Notes under the pieces: model-generated
The model's input: the letters and a program-made list of their open reading frames with translations, nothing else
What the model was told of the DNA's origin: nothing
Databases searched by the model: none
Made by a program: the position numbers and the translations under genes
DNA from: Camelus ferus
Lineage: Eukaryota
Length of the DNA: 64,000 nt
Reading direction: 5' to 3'
Assembly: GCF_009834535.1 (NCBI RefSeq)
Contig: NC_045696.1
Span: forward strand, 96,846,001 to 96,910,000
Shown: positions 53,401 through 64,000 of the stretch, piece after piece
How positions within the stretch are numbered: the stretch's first letter is position 1
Layout of the letters: the number at the start of each line of letters is the position of its first letter

Positions 53401-54693
53401 GTACATAGTACCTGGTGAAGGCAAAAATCCATATCTATGAAGATAAATAATAGTTTAAAGTTGTGGTCATTTCATCAACACATTACCAAAATGTTTTTAG
53501 GAAGTTTTTATGCAACTCTAGTCTCCTATCAACCAGAATACTACCATAATTTTTTTAAAAAAGTTACTTTAATGATTCACTCATTTGAGGGCCAAGTCCC
53601 ATGATAAGATACAATACCCAGACATATTTAGCAAAGTAAATGCTTCCTGAAGTATATTCATCCGTAATGTTGGTAATCTGCTTATCTGTAAGGTTTTGAT
53701 GAACTGGTCATTTATAGGGCATACTACCTGTCCTTTGTTAAAGGGCCTGCCAACAACAAGTACTGTTATGATAAATGCTTGGAAAAAAACCTTTGGAAGA
53801 CAGAATTAAAGCAGCCATATAAGAGCAAATTTAGTTATTTCACTGTGAAGCCTATAGGAAAAAAAAAATTAAGGATCTGTGCACCATACAAATGTATGGG
53901 GAATTTAGGATTTATGCGCTGTATACGTTAAAAAAAAAAACAAAAACCTTTTCCCCAGCATGCATTTTCAAAGTTACTTGCTACCAAGTAGAAGGGTCAC
54001 ATTTGAAGACTTTCAATCTTTAAATTCCAACATGCAGGAAATGCTTATTAAAAATCTAAAATAAAACTGAGTAACTGAAGTGCTTGTGGATAAAGATTAA
54101 TTATATATCCTTTAAATTTAACTTAAAATTAGAATTCTCCTAAAAATGAATATTGATTTAGAAATCTGTTCTAATGTATCAATCACAACCTTGAATGTCT
54201 GGCAAGATTGCTATCAAACACAAATCCTGAACATTTCCTACAGTTATCATTCCATTCTTCAACTTTTAAGAAGGAAAAAATCCCATTTAACAGAGAATAT
54301 AGTATTAGAAGTTCTTATAGTCCAGCAAGAACTAGGCTTAAGTTTACCATTATTAAGCCAATTTTACGGTAAACTTATATTAATAGAACAAAATAGCCAG
54401 CACCAGGGCAAAAAGGTAGACGACTTGCAATTTCCAAGTTTTAAAACTGGTATGTGAAATCAAACCCACCTATAAGAGTTCCTAAAGGAATTTGCTATTT
54501 GAATGAATGGTACAAAACTTCACTTTCAAGTGTAAACCACATTTCTTTAAAAAGTTCACTACAGTATTTTGAAAAATTCTAGACGCTATATAAATCAATG
54601 CTTTAATTCTCTAAAGGTTAGAAATGTTTATCTTTTTAATGGAGAAAGGGGGAAAATGGAGCACTCCTATATACCTCTAATAAAATTACATAC

Positions 54694-54723
54694 AGTCTTT
54701 CCATACAAATGAGAAAAATGAGG
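54694..54723 (-). CDS. TSC22D2: Candidate 30-nt cassette microexon of TSC22D2 (would encode (S)LIFLICMER(L))
   Basis: ttctctttgctatttctag|CCTCATTTTTCTCATTTGTATGGAAAGACT|gtatgt. Length is a multiple of 3 and it is stop-free in the phase required by the 52-nt exon. Confidence 0.45.
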
Positions 54724-57700
54724 CTAGAAATAGCAAAGAGAATCTTACAGGAAAAAAAATGAGATGAGACGTACTAACAGAAAAAGAACACTGGAAAGAC
54801 AATGTTCCAAGAAATTCACATATAAAAAGACATACACAATTACAGGAAATCTTGTATCTGTGGCTGAGCCAAGACATAATTTAACACAATGATCAGTTAT
54901 GTTAAAAACTAAATTAAAAAAAAAGGCATTCTGCATGTTATGCATTGTATCAAATGTACCTATTGGTGGAAGATATTTAAAATACATAGCTTAAAGAATT
55001 TCATTAATATATCTTTGAAGAAAAGCCCTAACAAGATAGGTTATAGGTATTTTAATAGATTGTTTATTCACAAATGACTTATACTCCTCATTCTTTCAAA
55101 AGGAGAAGAAATGGCTTATTGAAGATACCAAAAAGAAAAAAAAAAGAAAAGAAAAAAAAAGAAAGAAATTGAAACTGGGAGTGGGAGAAGATAAAAATGG
55201 AAAAACAAAGTAAGTAGAAGCCAGTGTGTAGTACTCGAATATATGCAATAAGGTCTTGCAGGCTTTGTTGATAGAAAGCTACATACTTAATTTGAGCTTT
55301 TGTTAATAACAGCTAACATAAGGGAAATATAACTGTCCTTAAAATTCAAGACACTGTCACATATTATGCTTAGTAGTTAGTATCTAATTTTTGGAAACAA
55401 AGTATGTCATGAACATCCCAGCATACATTTAGCAACATTTTCTGGACTAAGTTAGCAATAACTAAGATAGAAACAGCTGCTGTAAATAAAGACAGAAATT
55501 TTCTGAAGATCAATGGTTAATATAGTCATTGTGAATAGGAGTAGGATTAGTCAGATACCACAATTTTTCCCTTCTTGTTCTCTTTTTAATAGTATGTAGG
55601 TCTAAAGAGTGAATACCTTTTTTATCTTGATATTGATAGTGGTAACTAGGTAGATATGCAGAAAGATATGTTTCTGGCTTCCAGGCAAAAGTTACACCAC
55701 CACTATTTCTGGGCCAAATATCACAATTAAAAACTGAAAAAAAAAATAAAATAAGCACCTTTCAAATCTTATTAGTATTTATAACCAAGGATCTTTAAAT
55801 TTTGACAACAACCAGGAAACAAAGCAGCATAAAAATGATATTTCTTGAGGATATTTATCAATGAATACACATTCTAAATTATTACCACCTATTTAAATTT
55901 ATTTGTCAAATATGAAAAATATTTTAGAAGTAGTCAAGTAAAACCTAAACAAAGGAGCTAATTTTTGGTAAGCTAATACATTTAAATGCTCTATATCAAT
56001 CACAAAAATTTAATACATTTCTTTATTTACATAATTTAGAACATTAGTATGAGTGCATGTGCACACGCGCGCACACACACACAAAGAATGTCACCTATAA
56101 TACAGTCACTCATTTCTCTGTCTAAGTACCTACCAACCCAAATCTTAAGGAAAACAGAAAATTAAAATAATTCCACTTAATATTCTTTCTTCTCAATAGG
56201 CTGCCAAAACTATCTGCAGGTTTAAATACATTGAAGAGGTATGAGTTCATACTTTTAAATTGTTAAGAACTAGAATGGAAAAAAAACCCAAAACAGATGT
56301 TATATATTTGTTTTGGTTCAACAATTTCAGGCTACATTTAAATTTCCTTCTCATCTGAGCAAGTTCATTAAGAGTTTTTTCTTAAAAAGCTTTGCTACAG
56401 AGTTCTAGATTCTGCAGAAGAAAATAAGATGGGTTTAGCAAATTATACACACACATTTCGTTTCTATGCTGTTAAAAGGCTTGGTTTACTTAAAACCCAT
56501 TTGGTGGGAAGTTAAAATAAATGAATAATGACAATAATAATAGAGGCCTTACCAACTATTTCCACCTTTTAAAATTGTTTCTCCAATTTCATCCTAAAAA
56601 TAATTACCATGACCTCTCAGAGTAGGCTGCAGGGACTTATGTAGAGAAAATTTACTAACTAAAGAGGAGGGTGGTAAGCACATGAACAGAAGTATATTAA
56701 TAATGGATGAGCCATTAATAATTTCTCATCATTAATTCTGAAGTCCAGTCATGTGCTGCAAATAATGTCAGCAAGTCAGCTGTCCCATTTCATCTAGCCA
56801 TAGGAAGGCTGAGAGAAGAAATGCTTAGGATCCACCAAAACACCACTTCAAACAATGAGATACAGATATTTGTATGGCTAAAAATATGGCAGCAGACAAT
56901 CTACCTTAGACAGCTCTCAATAAAACTAGAAGGATACAACAGACCATAAAGGATAGCAGTCATATAATTTGTAAACCCAAGTGGTAAGTAAAAATGTCTT
57001 CAAATACTTTTTCCAATTCAAGATAATTAAAATCCTAACTTAATACATATGCATAAAAACCACAGTACAGAAAAAAGTGGTACAGGAATGTACCTCAATT
57101 TCTGTTCTAAGGGATATACCCACACATAATACCCACATGTTCTCCTTAAGCTCGCCTTCTCTTGCCACCCCACCACCAAACTTTGAGAAATAAAAGATCT
57201 CCTCTTAAAAATTTCCCCAATCCCAGTACTTTTTTCATCTGGATTTTCCTCTCTCCCCTCTCCAACCCCTATGGTATCGACTAGCTAGGCAGATGAAATT
57301 TTTCCCAGTATTTCATCCAGAACATTAGTACTTCCTTTTTCGATGAATAGTTAAACAATTCGAAAAGAGACTAATACAAGTGAAGTATTTTACTTATTTA
57401 TATGAGACAGGAGGGAAAAAGACGGACGTTTCCTAATTAAATGTAATCTGTGATCTTGTTTTGGCTCTTGAATCAGGTAAAAAATGTTCATGAAGGACAT
57501 TATTGGGATAACTGGCAAAATCTGGATAGGAACGGTATGTTACATATTAGATAATAGTTGATCAAGCCTGAATTTGGTAATTATACTATTGTTATATAAC
57601 AGCATCTTAGGAAACATATGCTAAAGTATTTTTGGGTTAAACAGATATAATATCTGCAATGTACCTAAAATGGTACCTAAATAATGATGTTAGGGTGATA

Positions 57701-57761
57701 AACCAAGTATGACTTAATGTTAACAAATACTGAATCCTGGTAAGATTACTCAAACTCTGTA

Positions 57762-57995
57762 CAGTTAACTCTTGAACAACATGAGTTTGAACTGTGTGAG
57801 TCCACTTATACATGGATTTTTTTCAATAATAAATACTACAGTACTACACAACCTGAGGATGGTTGAATCCACAGATACAGAACCACAGATATGAAGGAAC
57901 TCTGTGGATATGGAAGGCTGACTAAGTTATATGGGGATTTTCAACTGCGTAGAAGATTGGTACCCCTAATTCCCACGTTGTTCAATGGTCAATTG
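57762..57995. mobile_element. MER8-like Tigger (Tc1/mariner-pogo) MITE, full length, inside an old L1M 3' remnant (about 57430-58040)
   Basis: TIRs cagttaactcttgaacaac / gttgttcaatggtcaattg with TA target duplication at 57760-57761 and 57996-57997. Confidence 0.88.
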
Positions 57996-58099
57996 TACTA
58001 TTCCTGTAATTTTTCTGTAAATTCGAATTTTTTCAAAATAGACATTCAAACATTTTCCCTTCTTTTGGGTTAGGAATTAATATTCTCAGAATCTTCTAG

Positions 58100-58995
58100 T
58101 CTCTAAGACCACTTATCCTCTTCCAAGTTTCTCTTGTTCTCTAAATGTAGGTACTGTTGCTAAAGTTCTTGGCTTGACCCTCAAACCCCGCTCTGCTCCT
58201 TGAAAACCTCAGCCTTTCCTACAGCTTAAATTCTAAAATTAAATTAAAAAAAAAACAAACCCTAATTCTTCAATATTTTTCTAGCCTTAACGTTTCTACC
58301 AAGCCGCAGGTCTATAGCTAAAGCTGTATTTCTACCTTGACTTTCCATCAGCTCTTCAACTCATCCAAAAGTAGCTAAAAACAAAATCTTATCATTATTT
58401 TCTCCCTCCCAAACCAATTATTTCACTAATACTTCCTAAGGGTACCTCCATTCCCTCTATTAGGTCTGGCACCTTGGATTCAAATTTAACTGTTTCCATA
58501 TCATATCCAATCAGTAACAAAATCATTTAATTCCTACCTTCTGATAACCATTCTTTCCTCATTTCTATTGCCTAATTCAAGCCTTCATTACCTTTCTAAT
58601 ATCTTAGGTCTCTCCAACATCTCTTCTCTGTTGGCTTCAAATGTTTTATGCACCAATCAAATGTAACCATCCTTATCATACATATCCTGTACTTCCACAG
58701 TAGTTCACAGTATTTCCTTTAACTGGAATGGGCCTTTTCCCTCAGTTCTTTAACTATGCATGAATAACCAAATTCTGCCCACCTTTCAGTTTCTAACTCA
58801 AAAAGCCACCTCCTCACAAAGCCTTGACTAATACCTCCAGCTGTACTTGAGAGGCATAAAATGCTTGAATTTTAAATGATAGTTATCACTTTCAATCACA
58901 TGATGATGTTTTTACCTATCTCTTCCCGTATTAAAACCCAGCTCATTGGTTTCCCTATTCGTGGCCACCACGTAATTGCCTGACATGGGAATTCT
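58100..58995 (+). mobile_element. LINE-2 remnant
   Basis: Pyrimidine-rich L2-like motifs (catatccaatcagtaacaaaatc; cagtttctaactcaaaaagccacctcctcacaaagcctt). Confidence 0.5.
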
Positions 58996-60039
58996 TTCCT
59001 AATAGAGAATACTTTGTTAGCGTTCCATTCCTTAAGCAAACACACAGCTTTCTGAGGTTTTCTGACAATCATGCCAACAGTGACGAGACAGAAGTAAAGG
59101 AGATCAATTTCAAAACTTTTCTTAACTCTTTTCTTCTTCCTTTAGAATTAAGTGGATGGGAAGGGAAGGGGACGCAGAAACTCCAGGGTAGGGATTTTAA
59201 AAGTAACTGGCTCTAAACCTCAAAGTCAACACCTCTGATTAGCAGTCAGGAAGACAGCTTTATCACTTCTAGTGACAGCAAGATTATTTCCCAGGGGGCT
59301 CATCGCCTTTCAGAAAGTGAGCTCAAGCCTGCCTGTTGAAACACTCACCTGGCTCCCTAGGTGGAATATAAAGGAAGTAGACTTTCTAGTTAGCTTTGTA
59401 TTTAGAGTACCTATACTATAGATACAGAAATGGAATACAATAGGTGTGTCATCATCTTTTTTCCTACTTACTCTAGTTCTATAAATATTGCCTCAGATTA
59501 CATTAGCTTTTGTGGTAGGCTTGTCACTTGCTAACCAACACTATAAAATGCAGTCAGCTAACATAGCTACGTTTTTTTTTTTTTACTCTGATTCAATTTA
59601 GGTTGCAACCTCCCTGAATTTACATACAGTTTCTTTCAATTTCTCAATTTCTGCACATACTTCAGACTGTCAAGTTTACAAATGCTACCATCCAATAATA
59701 GCCATGACTTCCTGCTTTAATGTCATCTGTACATTTTATCAGCATGTTCTTAGGTTTTCATCTAAATCTGAGATCCAGTTCTAAAAAGGCCATTAAAAAA
59801 TGTGTCCTCTAATCTTCTGCATCTGAGTATCCTGTACTAGATACCATTAAGTGGAACTGGTCAAAATGTAATCAATAAATTATGTAAGTACTAGGTAAAA
59901 ATTATTAGGATATGTATTTGGTGTGGTTACACAAGAGTTTGGGCTCATCTCCTCAAATACTTATAGTATGATTACTAGGAGAGAACATTTAACCTGCAAC
60001 AATCTCTAACATGGTGGCTCTTTAAAAGTACGTAGTTCA

Positions 60040-60310
60040 GATCTACAACTATGCAGAACGATACAGACGAATCTCAAACATAATACTGGATGAAAGAGAA
60101 CAGACACAAAATACACAGTGTATGATTCCACTTACTGGAAGTTAAGATAGAGGATGGGGCAAAATAGGAAGGGGGCATCAAGAGGTCATGAAGGAGCTTA
60201 TTATAATCCTGCATCTTGATCGGGGTGCTGGTTACATAGGTGTGTTCAGTTTGAACTGTATATTTATGAATGGTGCACTTTTCTGATACAAATTATTCTT
60301 CAGTAAAGAG
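60040..60310 (+). mobile_element. Old L1ME-like 3' end
   Basis: gaatctcaaacataatactggatgaaagagaacagacacaaaa...tgtatgattccactta...tcttgatcggggtgctggttacataggtgtg. Confidence 0.7.
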
Positions 60311-63300
60311 ATTTTTTAAAAGTCACTATCACTGAGCATTCAAAAACTAGATTAGCCAAATTCTGAAACCTGATTTTATTTTTTTTAAAACCAGGTTTTA
60401 CCTGATTTTTGTTTTTAGCTAACAAGTGGGTGTTAATGATGTATCCAAGCTTCTTGGAGAATAAGTGAAACCAAACAAACTATCTTACACAAGCAGTTTA
60501 GTTCTGATTTACTCCTAAATTCAAGAATGAAATTTCAAAAAAAAAAAAAAAAAAAAAAAAAAAAGAATGAAATCTCATAGGAAAAAATGATAGGAAATAT
60601 TGGATGCCTTTTCTAACATAAAATACTTCAGGTTATTTAACAAGAATATTTTAATTCAACAATTTTTAAACTTGATGTAAATAGATATAAATAAATAACC
60701 ACTGTGTGTGTGGGGAGGAGGGGGTGGGAGGAGACTTACTTTAACCAAAATCATCAAGTATCTAGTAAAAGACATACCACATACTTAGACATTCATTTTA
60801 AAGTTAATAATCCATGTGTATGACTTTCCTTATTCATTTTTTCCTTAAATATTGGTCCTATAAGGAAGGAAAAGCCAACTCAGGGGGATGGTGCACCTAG
60901 CAACTGTTGCTCTCATCTGCCAACCACATTTAAGTATTTTCTTCATTAAGACAGAAATACTTTTAAGTGTTTATTAATAAGGGTAAATCCTTACAAGCTA
61001 CATGATTTCTTCTTTTAATTTACGTGAGGTAAAGTTTTCTCCCTCTAATGCTTCTTTACCTTACTGACCTGGTATTTACAAGAGGGTAAAATTGTTTGCC
61101 ATAAATTCTTACCCTTAGCTTTTGTAGACAAAGGACTCCCAATGAGAGCCTGCTCCCCAGTGATCATCAGAATAGGTTCTAAACTAATTCTGTCAGTGTA
61201 ACAAAGCAATGCCAATAATTAAGTTTGGAAAGCATTCTTTAAAGAAGAAAAATAGGAAGTTACTATTCTGAAATGCCAATAGGCTAGGAATCACTGAAAA
61301 TTGGCTTCTTCATAGTAAGATAATATCCAGAAAGTTAACTGTGGGAGCTACACTATTCAATTTAATAAATAGTCAATGCAAACAGAATGGGCTTCCTAAA
61401 GAAAGGCTGTATTATATTTGAGCTATGAGAATCTATTGTTCTTATATTTGGTAATTGTTTCAGCTCACTGATTCCTTAAGGTCTCTGCAAATGACAAATG
61501 GGGAAGACAGACAACAATGACGGTATCTACAGGAAAAGGGAAAGGAAAGCTTGCCAGTAGCTTTGACGTTAATATAATAACATTATACTATATAACAGTA
61601 TATATATATATATACACTATATAACAGTAGTATAAAGCATTGAATATCAGTGGAAAGAGATAATATCTAAACATAGGCAGATGAAGACAGGGAAAACTTC
61701 TCAACTTGCTAATTCTAATTTAAATAGGGGAGAAAACAAAGGTAGTCATTAGAGAGCTCTAAGTCAGTGTGAGAAAGGTGTATTAGTTACTTATATTTTA
61801 ATTAAAAGATAGCCTGCTAAAAGAATCCTGGGGAAAGAAATCCCACTCTTTCAAGTGAAAGCAAAACCAAGAATCTTCAGATATCTAGGGCAGGTTTAAT
61901 TAAAATTGACATAAGGCTAAAAACTTGCCCCAACTGAAAATGATTTAAGATTTCATAAACAGGAGGCTAAAAAAGGGTATCTTATCAACATTGATAGATA
62001 AATTTGTACCTTATAGTAAGTAGATAATGAAGGATTTATAGTCCCTCAGATCACTGAATGGTTCCATTTAATAGAATCATCTCTGCAAAATACTTGTCAA
62101 TTAAGAAAATTTTAAAAATCTAAAATTTGTAATAGTCAAAAATGAACAAGGCAATTCTATGAGCTATTTTTCAAAGTTTAACACATATAGATCTTCAATC
62201 CTTGTCTGCAATGAAAGAGAATAAACATCCCCACAACACTTTGTTAGTAAATAACCTATTAAAAAGTTTGTAGATATTTGCCAACTGAAGTAGATAGTCA
62301 GAACTAATGAAGCCAGCCACAACTGCTCTTCTCAACTGAAAATTAATTAAGCTAGTTGAAAAGCTAAAAGGAGGCCACTAGTCAATTTCTACTGGATTGG
62401 GCTTGTTACCTTGGTACCAACATGCCAATTTACAGTGAAGAATGGCTGATCTAGGATGTAACTTCTACTTATATTTTGGCACTAACATACTATAGATAAG
62501 TATCTGTTAAACTTCTTTGGCTCTGGACAAGAGGTCCCAAGGAGAAGACAAGATATTTTCAACCCATGAGAAACTACACATATAGCAATCCGCCTCATTT
62601 CTGATACCTTAAATGTTTCTGGTATCTAAAAAAGAGAACAGATAAGGAGTATTTAGCTATCACAACAAATGATGAGCAACTTCTATGGTTGTTTTATGAT
62701 GAAACAAAAGAAACCTTTAATATTAGATCCAAATTATAAAAAATAAAGCTCAAACCTTTCTACATTGTTCTGATGAAAATAATAAATATCATTCATACTG
62801 ATGTCATGGTAGCTCATGAAAGTTAGTGATATGAAATAAATTATCATGTATCTAAAAACTATTCTGTTTCGTAACAGAGTGCTATTTTTTGTTTTTCTAA
62901 GGGAAAAGTATAAAGGACACCACAAAGTACTCACCCTGGCCACATCTGGTAAGCCATTTGAATTATTAAACCGTCATGCTTGCTTCATGTCACAATTTAC
63001 ATTTATGTCTTAATTTATATTGCTATAGCTGTACAATTTAAAAACTGAATTTATAAGCATGGCACTATACATTTTAAAACTTCTTGTTCTACAAGTAACC
63101 ATTTAAAAACATTTTTAGTTAAGTAAGGAATTTATCACCAAAAAGATAGTTTGTTAGAAAATTTCTTGAGTGATACACACAGCAAATCAAGCCTAAGAAT
63201 TAAAAGACTGTTACCATTTCTAGGCAATGTAGTCCATGTCTTAACATGACATGTACATGCACTTAGCAATACTCTATTCTAACGAAAGAGATGGAGTTGA

Positions 63301-64000
63301 GTCCATGAGTGTTATCCAAACTATGCCAAAGGAAACAAATGCGTTGCCAGGCAGAGTTAAAGGAATCTAACAAAGCTTTGTGTGAATTTTAAAAACATTG
63401 CTTGTGGTCAGCTTTTACTAATTAGACAAAGAATGATGGAATGCTAACAAATATTCAGCAAAATAAGTGAACAGAGCATATACTACTTAAAATGTGTATT
63501 AAGCAGAAAGATAAACCAAAGACTCTGTTGCCATACATAAGTTCCAAGACTTCATTCTATATTTTTAAGTTAAAAATAAAATTCATACAACATTTCTGTG
63601 AGAAAACAAACTGTTTCAGGAGTTTATAAAACAATAATGTGGATCTAGTGAACTCTAGCAAACCAGCCTGAGGTTAAGCTTTCTCACTGAGAATTAAACA
63701 ATGACTACTACTTTGATACCTTAGTCTTTTCCCTCCTATTTCTTAATATGAAATAACATTTTGCTTTGAGTCACTAAAGCTTTTACAGGGAAATCATATA
63801 AAATAGCACAAAATTAAAATATCTAGTTTATTTTATAGAATATACTTTACATTAAATACACATGGGTAAGTGGATAGTTCATGTAATAAAATCCAACAGA
63901 ATAAAGTCCTTCAAAAAAATAAATATAAGCGCAGTAAAAAGAAAAGTACGTTTATATTCTGTTTAAAATATAGACTGTGTTTTTGGTTTATTTTGCTGCT

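Larger units (their letters stand above)
33358..64000 (-). other. TSC22D2: TSC22D2 large upstream intron (continues past window end; may contain cassette exons)
   Basis: Lies upstream of the 52-nt exon acceptor. No large GC-rich first exon or CpG island appears in the window. Confidence 0.85.

Noticed and set aside
54686..54987. Two short minus-strand ORFs (63 and 80 aa) as independent peptides
   Set aside because: Composition is that of T-rich intronic sequence. Only the 30-nt segment in a different frame has splice-site support.
33358..64000. Orthologue of the ~24-aa cassette exon I recall from the long human TSC22D2 isoform
   Set aside because: I could not find it by eye. It may lie beyond the window end, so neither presence nor loss can be claimed without a tblastn search.
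1..64000. CRISPR arrays, operons or other prokaryotic-type systems
   Set aside because: The sequence is mammalian, with spliceosomal introns and mammalian repeats. No regularly spaced repeat-spacer array or dense ORF cluster was seen.

Overview
AT-rich mammalian genomic DNA, probably from a camelid: it carries three short tRNA-derived SINEs resembling the camelid Vic-1 family plus young LINE-1 3' ends (species call is inference). The only recognisable gene is the 3' part of TSC22D2 on the minus strand. It comprises a 52-nt penultimate coding exon (33306-33357), a 925-nt intron, the last coding exon (32120-32380) encoding the TSC-box/leucine zipper and Q/P-rich tail, and an AU-rich 3' UTR with several poly(A) signals. 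Everything above 33357 is a large intron; the 5' exon(s) lie beyond the window. Roughly 1-25800 is downstream intergenic sequence rich in L1, MaLR LTR, MER5/MER20, MIR and L2 remnants. I found no novel multi-gene system. The best leads are a candidate 30-nt frame-preserving microexon (54694-54723) and two substitutions in or next to the TSC box relative to my recollection of the human protein. Weaker leads are a candidate poison or alternative exon, and two TSD-flanked tail-only retrotransposition footprints. Boundaries of old repeats are approximate, and family names come from recognition rather than a database search.
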